From NCBI GenBank assembly GCA_037137655.1, contig JBAXJX010000002.1, positions 165,730 through 229,729 on the forward strand: a stretch of DNA of 64,000 nucleotides. Reading direction: 5' to 3'. The notes under the pieces were generated by a model, which was not told where the DNA came from, searched no databases, and saw only the letters and a list, made by a program, of their open reading frames with translations. Each line of letters begins with the position of its first letter. Within the stretch, counting starts at the first letter, position 1. The position numbers and the translations under genes were made by a program. The stretch is from Candidatus Falkowbacteria bacterium. Lineage in GTDB: Bacteria; Patescibacteriota; Patescibacteriia; Patescibacteriales; UBA12465. This document shows positions 9,687-17,965 of this stretch, piece after piece.

Positions 9687-10232
9687 TTGAGTATGAAAAT
9701 AATTGTTGGTCTCGGTAACCCGGGCACACAATATGATAGAACCAGACATAATGTTGGTTTTAAAATTGTCGACACTCTTGTGGGTGAAGGCAATTGGCGT
9801 TTGGAAAAAAAGTTCAAAGCCTATGTCTGTGAAAAAAATGGTGATTTATTTGTGAAGCCTCAAACTTTTATGAATAAGTCCGGCGAGAGTGTTGCTGCCA
9901 TTCTAAACTATTATCATTTGTTACCGAAGAAAGTCGGCTTATTCAAAACCAAGGATGCCGATTTAACTGAAGTTCTAACTGTTATTCATGATGACCTAGA
10001 TATTGATATGGGTAAGTTTAAGTTGGCTTTAAATTCTAGTAGTGCTGGACACAACGGCGTACAATCTATTATTGATTATTTAAAAACCAAGAACTTTAAA
10101 AGAATCCGAGTTGGTATTAAAAATGAATTGCGAGAAAAAATGCCAACCGATAAGTTTGTGCTTGGTCACTTTAGTGAGGCCGAACTTAAAAATATCACAG
10201 AATTGCTTCCGGGTATTACGCCACAAATTTAA
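9687..10232 (+). CDS. pth: Peptidyl-tRNA hydrolase
   Basis: 181 aa with IVGLGNPGTQYDRTRHNVGF and VIHDDLD motifs. Confidence 0.92.
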   Translation: MSMKIIVGLGNPGTQYDRTRHNVGFKIVDTLVGEGNWRLEKKFKAYVCEKNGDLFVKPQTFMNKSGESVAAILNYYHLLPKKVGLFKTKDADLTEVLTVIHDDLDIDMGKFKLALNSSSAGHNGVQSIIDYLKTKNFKRIRVGIKNELREKMPTDKFVLGHFSEAELKNITELLPGITPQI

Positions 10233-10247
10233 TATTTGTAATTTATT

Positions 10248-10272
10248 GCCCCGAGCTATTCGGGGCTTTTTA
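10248..10272 (+). terminator. Intrinsic terminator after pth
   Basis: Reads gccccga-gctat-tcggggc-ttttt. Confidence 0.75.
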
Positions 10273-10379
10273 GTTTTTAGGATCTTGCCCAGACTTTTAA
10301 TTTTTCTACGCAAATTTCGGAGGGGCAATTTGCTTGGATAATTAGAACCGGGCAAAATTTTGTAAAGTAAATATTTTTT

Positions 10380-11468
10380 ATGCGCGAATATTTTGTGGCC
10401 TTTAATTGTTTTTCTAAAATTGGACCAGTGCGTACCAAGAGATTGTTAGATTTTTTTGGTAATTTAGAGTTGGCTTATAAAGCGACACGAGAAAATTTAA
10501 TACAGGCTAAAATCGAAACCAAGATTGTGGATGAATTTGTAGTGTGGCGGCAAACTTTTGATTTAGAAAAATATTTAGGTCGACTGGAGAAAGAAGATAT
10601 TAAGTATGTGACGATTTTAGATGAAGACTATCCGCCACTTTTATTTGAGATTTATGGCCCACCACCATTATTATATTATCGTGGTACGTTAGAGTGTAAA
10701 GGTTATTTTCCTTTAGCAGTGATTGGCGCACGTAAATATTCACCTTATGGCGAGCGGGTGGTAAATGAAATTATCCCTAGTCTAATTAATAATAAATTTT
10801 GTATTATCAGCGGCTTGGCTCGCGGCATTGATTCTTTGGTTCATCGGGCGACGTTATTGGCTGAAGGAAAAACTTGGGCGGTACTCGGTTCGGGGTTGGA
10901 TTGGAAAAGTATTTATCCACCAGAAAATATTACTTTAGCGCGGGAGATTATTAATTCTGACGGCGCGGTGTTTTCGGAATTTCCGCTCGGCACAGCACCG
11001 TTACCAATAAATTTTCCCTTGCGCAATCGGATTGTGGCTGGTATGTCTAAAGGGACATTGGTAATTGAGGCACGGCAAAAATCTGGTGCTTTAATTACAG
11101 CCACTTATGCCTTAGAGCAAAATCGCGAAGTACTGGCCGTGCCGGGAAACATCTTTTTGGAAACTTCGGCTGGGCCCAATGATTTGATAAAAAGCGGTGC
11201 TAAAGTTGTTACAAGCGCTAATGATATCTTGGAATTATTTGCTTTTGTTGCTGGTCCGGAAAAAAATGTTGCCAGAACAAGGGTTAAACCAGAACTAGAT
11301 GAAATGGAGGAAAAAATTTATGTAGTTTTGTCGGATTTACCGATGCACATCAATGAGATTGCTCAAGCGACCAAGCTTGACACTAAAAATATAAATAGTA
11401 CACTGAGTATGTTAGAATTGCGCGGAATCATAAAAAATACCGGCGCCGGAGAGTATGTTTTAAATTAA
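10380..11468 (+). CDS. dprA: DNA-processing protein DprA
   Basis: 362 aa with SGLARGIDSLVHRATL and RNRIVAGMS motifs and a C-terminal winged-helix tail. Classic dprA-topA synteny. Confidence 0.9.
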   Translation: MREYFVAFNCFSKIGPVRTKRLLDFFGNLELAYKATRENLIQAKIETKIVDEFVVWRQTFDLEKYLGRLEKEDIKYVTILDEDYPPLLFEIYGPPPLLYYRGTLECKGYFPLAVIGARKYSPYGERVVNEIIPSLINNKFCIISGLARGIDSLVHRATLLAEGKTWAVLGSGLDWKSIYPPENITLAREIINSDGAVFSEFPLGTAPLPINFPLRNRIVAGMSKGTLVIEARQKSGALITATYALEQNREVLAVPGNIFLETSAGPNDLIKSGAKVVTSANDILELFAFVAGPEKNVARTRVKPELDEMEEKIYVVLSDLPMHINEIAQATKLDTKNINSTLSMLELRGIIKNTGAGEYVLN

Positions 11469-11483
11469 ACTAAAATTTCCTTT

Positions 11484-13703
11484 ATGAATTTAATTATCGT
11501 GGAGTCGCCGACCAAAGCCAAGACTATCGCCAAATTTTTAGATAAGAATTATAAAGTCGAATCATCCTTCGGTCATATTCGTGATTTGCCGAAGAGTGAA
11601 ATGGGGATTGATATTGAACATGACTTCGCTCCCAAATATATTGTGCCAACTAAGGCTAAAAAAACGGTTAGTAATTTAAAAGCTTTAGCGGCCAAAGCCG
11701 ATGAAGTTATTCTGGCGTCCGATGAAGATCGTGAAGGAGAAGCGATTGCCTGGCATCTCGCCGAGGCTTTAAAATTGGATCCAAGTAAGGCGAAACGTAT
11801 CGTTTTTCATGAAATTACCAAGTCAGCTATTATGGCGGCTTTGGAAAAACCACGAACAATTGATCTTAAATTAGTGGATGCACAACAAGCGCGTCGTTTG
11901 CTTGATCGTTTAGTTGGTTATGAGTTATCACCTTTTCTCTGGAAGAAGGTCGCTAAGGGCCTCTCAGCCGGTCGTGTGCAAAGTGTGGCAGTTAGATTGA
12001 TTGTAGAACGAGAGCGTGAAATTAAAGAATTTAAAGTTGATGAATATTGGACAATCGCTGGTGACTTTAGCGCGAGTGGTAAAAATGCGGAAAATTTTAA
12101 AGCTAACTTACACGAAGTGGCGGGTAAAAATATTGATAAGTTTTTTATCAAGAACCAAGCCCAAGCCGATGAGTTAACTGGTGAAATTAAAAAATTAGAA
12201 TATAAAGTAGCGGCCGTTAACAAAAAGGCGACTAAGAAAAATCCACCCGCTCCGTTTACCACTTCAACTTTACAACAGGTGGCTAATCGTATGTTAGGTT
12301 TTAGTGCGAAGCAAACCATGACCCTGGCGCAAAAATTATACGAACTTGGTTTTATTACTTACATGAGAACCGATTCGCTTAATTTGTCGGGAAAATTTAT
12401 TGGTGATGCTTACGAATATTTGAATAAAAATTTAGGCGCAGAATACGCTTTGAAAGATGGTCGGGTTTTTAAAACTAAAAGTAAAGGCGCACAAGAAGCG
12501 CACGAAGCGATTCGTCCGACTGAAGCGGCTAGTACCCCAGAATCTTTGCAAGATAAATTAGATCCTGGTCAATTCCGTTTGTATCGTTTAATTTGGCAAA
12601 GATCATTAGCAACCCAAATGCCAGAAGCTATTCTGGATACAACAACAGTTGAAGTGATGAGCTTGGATGACAAGTATGGTTTTCGAGCGAGTGGTCAGAT
12701 TTTACGTTCCCCTGGTTATTTAAAAATTTATCCCGAACAAACCAAAGATCAAACTTTACCAAATGTGAGTGCGGAAGAAAAATTAGATTTGTTAGGAGTT
12801 GATCCGGTCCAACATTTTACCCAACCACCAGCGCGCTATTCGGATGCTGGCCTCGTTAAAGAATTGGAAAAATTTGGTATTGGTCGTCCTTCCACTTACG
12901 CCCCAACAATTTCGACCATCATTGATCGCAATTATGTAATACGGGATGATGGTAAACGCTTGGCGCCAACTGATATTGCTTTTGTCGTTGTTGATTTATT
13001 AGTAGAACATTTTCCTCATGTGATCGATTATAAGTTTACGGCGGAAATGGAAGCTGACTTTGATCGCATTGCGGATGGTGAAAAAGAGTGGGTTGCAGTT
13101 ATTAAAAATTTTTATAATCCCTTCCACCTCAATCTGGAAAATAAATACCAGGAGGTTAACAAAAATAATATTATGCCAGAAGAAACAAGTGACGAAGTTT
13201 GCGACAAATGTGCTTCACCAATGTTGGTAAAAACTGGACGCTTTGGAAAATTTTTAGCTTGCTCTAATTTTCCAACTTGTAAGAATATTAAATCTCTTGG
13301 TGGTGCGAAGCGCGCTGATGTAACTCCAGAACAAGAAGCGAAGATTGCTGTTTTGCAGGAGAAATACAAAGGTACGATTTGTGACAAATGTGGCTCACCA
13401 ATGTCAGTCAAAAATGGTAAGTTCGGACCATTCCTGGCTTGCTCCAGTTATCCAACTTGTAAGAATATTAAAAATATTGATGAAGATGGCGGTCCAGAAA
13501 TTAAATGTCCACTTTGTGGTGAAGGCACGATCGTGAAAAAGTTTAGTCGTCGTGGTGCTTTCTACGCTTGCTCCGCTTATCCAAAATGTAAGAATGCTTA
13601 TTGGGGCAAACCAACGGGCGAAACCTGCCCAGATTGCAAAGCCTTGTTAATTGAAGGCAAGGATGGAATTGAATGTAGTAAGAAATGTGGTTATACGAAA
13701 TAA
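11484..13703 (+). CDS. topA: DNA topoisomerase I
   Basis: 739 aa. TOPRIM N-terminus (LIIVESPTKAKTI), ITYMRTDS around the catalytic Tyr, and three or four C-terminal CxxC...CxxC zinc ribbons. Confidence 0.95.
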   Translation: MNLIIVESPTKAKTIAKFLDKNYKVESSFGHIRDLPKSEMGIDIEHDFAPKYIVPTKAKKTVSNLKALAAKADEVILASDEDREGEAIAWHLAEALKLDPSKAKRIVFHEITKSAIMAALEKPRTIDLKLVDAQQARRLLDRLVGYELSPFLWKKVAKGLSAGRVQSVAVRLIVEREREIKEFKVDEYWTIAGDFSASGKNAENFKANLHEVAGKNIDKFFIKNQAQADELTGEIKKLEYKVAAVNKKATKKNPPAPFTTSTLQQVANRMLGFSAKQTMTLAQKLYELGFITYMRTDSLNLSGKFIGDAYEYLNKNLGAEYALKDGRVFKTKSKGAQEAHEAIRPTEAASTPESLQDKLDPGQFRLYRLIWQRSLATQMPEAILDTTTVEVMSLDDKYGFRASGQILRSPGYLKIYPEQTKDQTLPNVSAEEKLDLLGVDPVQHFTQPPARYSDAGLVKELEKFGIGRPSTYAPTISTIIDRNYVIRDDGKRLAPTDIAFVVVDLLVEHFPHVIDYKFTAEMEADFDRIADGEKEWVAVIKNFYNPFHLNLENKYQEVNKNNIMPEETSDEVCDKCASPMLVKTGRFGKFLACSNFPTCKNIKSLGGAKRADVTPEQEAKIAVLQEKYKGTICDKCGSPMSVKNGKFGPFLACSSYPTCKNIKNIDEDGGPEIKCPLCGEGTIVKKFSRRGAFYACSAYPKCKNAYWGKPTGETCPDCKALLIEGKDGIECSKKCGYTK

Positions 13704-13714
13704 CACCTCACCTC

Positions 13715-13782
13715 TGTCATTCCGGACTTGATCCAGAATCTATTGACTAGCCACGTGCCCGCCCTTGGCGGGTTATACGTGG
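13715..13782 (+). repeat. GC-rich palindromic (REP/MITE-like) element downstream of topA
   Basis: tgtcattccggacttgatccagaatc shares the GTCATTCC...GAATC frame with the repeats at 16311 and 16668. It is followed by a nested hairpin ccacgt-g-cccgcc-ctt-ggcggg-ttat-acgtgg (13751-13782). Confidence 0.55.
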
Positions 13783-13787
13783 GCAAA

Positions 13788-13823
13788 TAAAAAAGGAATC
13801 CGATGTTTTGGATTCCTTCTTGG
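13788..13823. terminator. Bidirectional terminator (topA / lipoprotein gene)
   Basis: Reads aaaaa-aggaatcc-gatgttttg-ggattcct-tcttggttt. Confidence 0.65.
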
Positions 13824-13824
13824 T

Positions 13825-14460
13825 TTATTTTGTAACAACTGCACGACCGCGAAGATCACCGCCGTAAAAGTCGACACTGCACCAATCGCCGTAGAGCTCA
13901 GAATCGTCAGAATTCCAATGGACGAAAGGAACATAGCCACCAGAGTCACGCGAACCGGAACATAATGTCCAATTTTTGATATCGAGATGTTTCTTAGTGT
14001 TATCGAAATAGAAAACTTCGAGCAGTAATCTTTCAAGTAAGGTGATGCCGGAAATATTCATTTCAATAAGCTTGTTAGTGGAAAGATTTTTTAAGTTATC
14101 ATCAGCCTCAATGTTTTTATTAAAGATGATGACGTAACCTTTATCGGCAATGCGATCATTAGTAGTGGCTGATGAATCTAAATTTTCATTGTATAAATGT
14201 ACATTGAATTTCTTCTTTATAGCAGTAACCACTTCATTCATAGTTGTTCCTTTAGCTACAATAATAGCAAAATGTTTGTCTGGATTGTAAAAGCTGGGAA
14301 CAGTTAGATTTGTAAAATCAACTTTTTTATCGAACTGGTTTTGATAAATGTTGGTCCAGGTTTGTTTTAACTCTTTTGATTGAGCAGTTTCAGAATTGTT
14401 GTTTTGGCAAGAATAAAAGCCGCCAACTAAAATTAGTAAGTAAATGACGATATTTTTCAT
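13825..14460 (-). CDS. Hypothetical lipoprotein
   Basis: I take the start at the internal ATG at 14460 (MKNIVIYLLILVGGFYSCQNN, signal peptide plus lipobox Cys), which lies just downstream of the promoter at 14511-14539. No family recognised. Confidence 0.65.
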   Translation of the reverse strand: MKNIVIYLLILVGGFYSCQNNNSETAQSKELKQTWTNIYQNQFDKKVDFTNLTVPSFYNPDKHFAIIVAKGTTMNEVVTAIKKKFNVHLYNENLDSSATTNDRIADKGYVIIFNKNIEADDNLKNLSTNKLIEMNISGITLLERLLLEVFYFDNTKKHLDIKNWTLCSGSRDSGGYVPFVHWNSDDSELYGDWCSVDFYGGDLRGRAVVTK

Positions 14461-14510
14461 GGTATGTAAGATTTGGGTTGTGAATGGACTATATTTATTT
14501 TGATAAGACA

Positions 14511-14539
14511 ATTGTATCACGTTTTTAGTAAAAAGTCAA
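14511..14539 (-). promoter_or_regulatory. Sigma70-type promoter for the 13825-14460 gene
   Basis: Minus strand reads TTGACT-ttttactaaaaacgtga(17)-TACAAT. Confidence 0.65.
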
Positions 14540-14589
14540 TATTGGCGAAATAAGCTAATGAAATCGACATTTTTAGCTTCTTATGAAAT

Positions 14590-14825
14590 ACGTATCTGAA
14601 GCGAGTCGAGACTTTTTACGGGAAATGTAGCCGCTAGGCGAATTTCGCGGAAAAAGGGCTCGATCGATTCGCCCCAGACGATAAAATCACAAAAGAAAGC
14701 GGAGTCTCAAGACGAAGCGAGATTACACTGATTAGATTATAAAAATTGATGTGACCGAAAATTGAGAAAATGGCTATCTGTTAATAAAAATTGGAGGTCA
14801 CAATTTGTGACTTCCAATTTTTTTG
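14590..14825 (+). ncRNA. Candidate structured RNA (sRNA or cis-regulatory leader) ending at an orphan terminator
   Basis: No ORF of 60 aa or more. Locally GC-enriched. Complementary segments: gtc-gagact (14605-14613) with agtctc-aa-gac (14703-14713), and ggcgaat (14637-14643) with attcgcc (14667-14673). GAAGCGAG occurs twice. It ends at the strong terminator at 14791-14825. Confidence 0.35.
14791..14825 (+). terminator. Strong intrinsic terminator with no upstream plus-strand gene
   Basis: 12-bp stem ttggaggtcaca/tgtgacttccaa followed by seven T residues. The nearest upstream plus-strand gene (topA) is 1.1 kb away and separated from it by a minus-strand gene. Confidence 0.75.
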
Positions 14826-14887
14826 TTGAATAATTGTTTTATATTTGATAAAATAAGGTTAGTATTATTTATAATTAATACAAAATT

Positions 14888-15244
14888 ATGCCAGAAAAAT
14901 TTGGTCCATGTCTAGATAAAAATTGTTCTCATTGTTGTGATCCAGTTAAGATTGAATTTAGAAAAGGTTATGATTATGACGGAATACCTTTGGCTAAAGA
15001 TAAGAACGGTAATGAGATTTGGGAGAGAACTGGTGAAGTATTTGCTCCGGAAGTTAATATTGATACTGTTCGAGTCGCAACGTTTAAATGTAATAATTTT
15101 GATAAAGAATCTGGCAAATGTTTAGATTATAAAAATAGACCAGATATTTGTCGTAACACTAGTTGCATCGATGAGTGCTCTGATAAAAATGTGGACGATC
15201 AACACAAAGAATTTGTTGATAATAAATTTATTAAAGTAAAATAA
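14888..15244 (+). CDS. YkgJ-family cysteine-cluster (CxxCxxCC, putative Zn/Fe-chelating) protein
   Basis: 118 aa with CLDKNCSHCCDP and FKCNNF...GKCLDYKNRPDICRNTSC, matching the C..C..CC / C.{1}Y..RP..CR signature. Confidence 0.7.
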   Translation: MPEKFGPCLDKNCSHCCDPVKIEFRKGYDYDGIPLAKDKNGNEIWERTGEVFAPEVNIDTVRVATFKCNNFDKESGKCLDYKNRPDICRNTSCIDECSDKNVDDQHKEFVDNKFIKVK

Positions 15245-15249
15245 ATATT

Positions 15250-16233
15250 ATGAAAACAATCGGATTATTTTTTGGTGGACCAAGTAATGAACATGAAGTG
15301 TCAATAAAATCGGCTAAAAATATTGTTAAAAACTTTGATTATAAAAAATTTAATTTAGTTTTAGTTTACTGGGATAAAAAAGGCGTTTTTTATTTACTTA
15401 AAGACATTAATAAATTAAGTGCGGCTAAAAAAAACATCAAGTTGGAAGATTTTAAAAGAAATTTTGATATCGCTTTATTAATGACTCATGGTAAGTATGG
15501 CGAGGATGGTGTTTTGCAGAGCTTATTAGAATCGCAAAAAATTAAATATTGTGGTTGCCGTGCTTTAAGTTCGGCTCTGTGCATGGATAAAGGTTTATTT
15601 AAGCAATATTTATCCGGACAGGGAATTAACCAAGTTAAATTTTTAATATTGGATTACAATTTAGAAACGGCAATAGGTATAGAAGAAAAAATTAATACTA
15701 TCAAAGTAAATTTTAAATTTCCGCTGTATATTAAACCGGCTAATTCCGGATCGTCTGTTGGGGTGAATAAAATTAACAATCTTTCGGAAATAAAAAGCGC
15801 TATAAAGGACGCCTTGAAGCATGATTCTAAAATTATAATTGAAGAGGGTTTGATAAGTCCAAAAGAAATTGAGGTGGCGGTTTTGGGCAATAAGGAATTA
15901 AATATTTCTCAACCCGGCGAATTAAAATTAGCTAAAGATTTTTATAATTATGATGATAAATATAAATTAGGCGAAGCTAAAGTGGTTATTCCAGCGGAAA
16001 TACCCGATAAACAAAAAAAAGATATTTTTGTGTTGGCGGAAAAAATTTATAAACTTTGTGCTTGCTCAGGATTTGCGCGTATAGATTTTTTTGTTGCTAA
16101 TAATAAAGTTTATTTGAACGAAATTAATACTTTGCCTGGTTTTACGGATGCTTCGATGTATCCCATACTTATGATGAATAATGATTTGAGCTATAAAAAG
16201 TTGATAAACAAAATTATTGAATTGGCTTATTAA
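15250..16233 (+). CDS. ddl: D-alanine--D-alanine ligase
   Basis: 327 aa. N-terminus IGLFFGGPSNEHEVSIKSAKNI, ATP-grasp core, and C-terminus LNEINTLPGFT. Confidence 0.93.
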   Translation: MKTIGLFFGGPSNEHEVSIKSAKNIVKNFDYKKFNLVLVYWDKKGVFYLLKDINKLSAAKKNIKLEDFKRNFDIALLMTHGKYGEDGVLQSLLESQKIKYCGCRALSSALCMDKGLFKQYLSGQGINQVKFLILDYNLETAIGIEEKINTIKVNFKFPLYIKPANSGSSVGVNKINNLSEIKSAIKDALKHDSKIIIEEGLISPKEIEVAVLGNKELNISQPGELKLAKDFYNYDDKYKLGEAKVVIPAEIPDKQKKDIFVLAEKIYKLCACSGFARIDFFVANNKVYLNEINTLPGFTDASMYPILMMNNDLSYKKLINKIIELAY

Positions 16234-16242
16234 TAAATGTTT

Positions 16243-16271
16243 AAAAAATCCGCTTAAGGCGGATTTTTTTG
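16243..16271 (+). terminator. Intrinsic terminator after ddl
   Basis: Reads aaaaaatccgc-ttaag-gcggattttttt. Confidence 0.75.
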
Positions 16272-16310
16272 TTTTACTTTAATCTCTTCCGATTCTGAGG
16301 TTCGTCTCAA

Positions 16311-16336
16311 TCGTCATTCCCGCGTAGGCGGGAATC
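16311..16336 (+). repeat. GC-rich palindromic repeat, left flank of the GIY-YIG gene
   Basis: tcgtcattcccgcgtaggcgggaatc contains the hairpin attcccgc-gtag-gcgggaat. It matches 23 of 26 positions of the inverted copy at 16668-16694. Confidence 0.8.
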
Positions 16337-16346
16337 TAGGAGTCCT

Positions 16347-16646
16347 CTAGAATAATGTTTCATATAAATCTCGCCAATAAAAATTGTTTTCCTCTATTAA
16401 TCTCATCTTCCATTTTCGTTGCCACTTTTTCAATTGTTTTTCACGATACAGAGCTCGCCCAATATTACTAAATAACTCATAATAAACCAATTTATCAATA
16501 TTGTATTCGTCTGTAAAACTATTAGTAATTGTTTTGTTCTTATGTTGCGTAATTCGCTTGATTAAATTATTAGTAACTCCAATATAGATTGTGCCATTAT
16601 TTTGACTGGCTAGAATATACACATAATAAGATCTTTCTTTAAACAT
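16347..16646 (-). CDS. GIY-YIG nuclease superfamily protein (UPF0213-like)
   Basis: 99 aa. YYVYILASQNNGTIYIGVTNNLIKRITQHK carries the GIY...YIG motifs plus a conserved R and E (REKQLKKW). Confidence 0.85.
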   Translation of the reverse strand: MFKERSYYVYILASQNNGTIYIGVTNNLIKRITQHKNKTITNSFTDEYNIDKLVYYELFSNIGRALYREKQLKKWQRKWKMRLIEENNFYWRDLYETLF

Positions 16647-17038
16647 AAAAATATATTTAATATTCCTGGATCCCCGCCTACGCGAGGATGACGAGGTTGT
16701 TCATATCCAACTTTAGCTAACCAACGTTTAAACGGCTCAGCTTTAGGTGAGGGAATTGATTGGATGATACGGAAAATACCTTCGGTGTTGGCGCAATTCA
16801 TTTTTTGTTTGCCACCAGCAGTTTTAACTTCAAGGGTACGGACAATTTGTCCATATCCTTTGTTTAATTCTTCATCTCTTTGGAGCATTTTATTTATATA
16901 ATCCTTGGGATTAACCGATTCAGTTAAAACCAAAACAATATCTTCCACTACAAACCACCACTCATTGTTATAAATAACTCGTCGCACTTTTTGGCCATGA
17001 AATATGGCTAATTTGTCTGTTTCCATAATTATATTCAT
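16610..17038 (-). CDS. Bro-N domain protein, 3'-truncated (reading frame runs into the palindromic repeat)
   Basis: KLAIFHGQKVRRV...WWFVVEDIVLVLT...ANTEGIFRIIQSIPSPKAEPFKRWLAKVGYE is a typical Bro-N N-terminal domain. Family similarity stops at about 16700, where the repeat begins. The start may instead be the ATG at 17026. Confidence 0.7.
   Translation of the reverse strand: MNIIMETDKLAIFHGQKVRRVIYNNEWWFVVEDIVLVLTESVNPKDYINKMLQRDEELNKGYGQIVRTLEVKTAGGKQKMNCANTEGIFRIIQSIPSPKAEPFKRWLAKVGYEQPRHPRVGGDPGILNIFLCLKKDLIMCIF
16668..16694 (-). repeat. GC-rich palindromic repeat, right flank of the GIY-YIG gene (inverted copy)
   Basis: The reverse complement is tcgtcatcctcgcgtaggcggggatcc. It is translated as ...QPRHPRVGGDPG... 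at the tail of the Bro-N ORF. Confidence 0.8.
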
Positions 17039-17090
17039 TAATTGTAAATGATTATAATTATGCCAAAAGTGAGATAAACTTTTTCTAAAC

Positions 17091-17119
17091 TTGACTTATT
17101 TTAGCAAATATGCTATTAT
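17091..17119 (+). promoter_or_regulatory. Sigma70-type promoter for the 17167-17418 gene
   Basis: Reads TTGACT-17 nt-TATTAT. Confidence 0.6.
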
Positions 17120-17166
17120 ATGTTTACTAAACAATGGTGTTTAGCTATCTTTAAAAATTAGAAAAA

Positions 17167-17418
17167 ATGAGTGAAAAAATCGGAGAAATTCCAACTCTTT
17201 CAGAAGAAAGAAAAGGGCAAATTGCCTTAATGATGATGAAAGAAGATTTTGCTAAAAGAGCAATTTCTTTAAATCGTACCGATATAATGAGAAAAATCGG
17301 ACAAGCTGCTGCGGTTTTAGAACCTCAAGGTGTGAAAAAAGAAGAATTAATTGCGTTTTGCCAAGAACTTATTAACAATGCTGTTAAAGATCTCTTTCCT
17401 AATTCCGTCGCAGAGTAA
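17167..17418 (+). CDS. Hypothetical small protein
   Basis: 83-aa ORF with its own promoter. No family recognised. Confidence 0.6.
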   Translation: MSEKIGEIPTLSEERKGQIALMMMKEDFAKRAISLNRTDIMRKIGQAAAVLEPQGVKKEELIAFCQELINNAVKDLFPNSVAE

Positions 17419-17524
17419 TCTAAAAAATCGATCCAGGTTAGAACTAAAATTCGCTAAAAGGGTAATTGCTTTTCCCTGATATCAGGCTTAAAGCAGAACA
17501 AGAACCTCTCCTCATCGAAAAAAA

Positions 17525-17565
17525 CAAAAAAGGAAACTTACAACAAGTTTCCTTTTATTTTTTAT
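17525..17565. terminator. Bidirectional intrinsic terminator
   Basis: Reads aaaaaa-aggaaactt-acaaca-aagtttcct-tttattttt. Confidence 0.7.
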
Positions 17566-17580
17566 GTATAATTTTTTCAA

Positions 17581-17946
17581 TTAAGCTTTCTTACTCTTCA
17601 TCTTTTCTTTCTTCTCTTGCATGAAGTCGAAGATTCTTTTTAGGACTTCACCGATAATCATTAAATGAGTGCCGCTGTTACTTAATTTATCTTTTAAAGT
17701 GTTTAAAATGTCATTGGCTTTTTCACCGAAGTCGCCCATCATTTTAGCGCCGTCTTCTAATTTTTGTTCTAACATAGTTGTTAGATTGCTAATTTTTTCG
17801 GCGGTGTCGGCAATTTGCGCGATCACTTTATAAACGCTGCGCAACGTGGCCACAACATAATACAATGACCAACAAATAAAAAAACTTAAACCTAAAACAG
17901 AGACACCTAAAATCCAATTTAAAATATCACGACTAGTTGCGAACAT
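17581..17946 (-). CDS. Membrane-anchored coiled-coil protein (DUF948-like)
   Basis: 121 aa. An N-terminal TM segment followed by a helical, charged region. The family assignment is tentative. Confidence 0.55.
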   Translation of the reverse strand: MFATSRDILNWILGVSVLGLSFFICWSLYYVVATLRSVYKVIAQIADTAEKISNLTTMLEQKLEDGAKMMGDFGEKANDILNTLKDKLSNSGTHLMIIGEVLKRIFDFMQEKKEKMKSKKA

Positions 17947-17965
17947 ATTTTTTTATTTTATTAAA

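Noticed and set aside
10276-10379. ttgccc / gggcaa complementary words between pth and dprA, considered as a possible structured RNA.
   Set aside because: There are only short 5-6-nt complementarities, no terminator, and no compositional contrast. The evidence is insufficient.
13765-14036. Two ORFs (13765-13965 plus strand, 13773-14036 minus strand) overlapping the 3' end of the lipoprotein gene and the palindromic element.
   Set aside because: They overlap a longer ORF that has a signal peptide, promoter and terminator. They partly translate the repeat and terminator hairpins.
14590-14790. Match of the candidate RNA to known classes (TPP, glycine, c-di-AMP ydaO, c-di-GMP, ZTP, fluoride, guanidine, preQ1, T-box, SRP, 6S, RNase P, tmRNA).
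   Set aside because: I could not find any of the signature sequences I remember for these classes. It remains unclassified rather than assigned.
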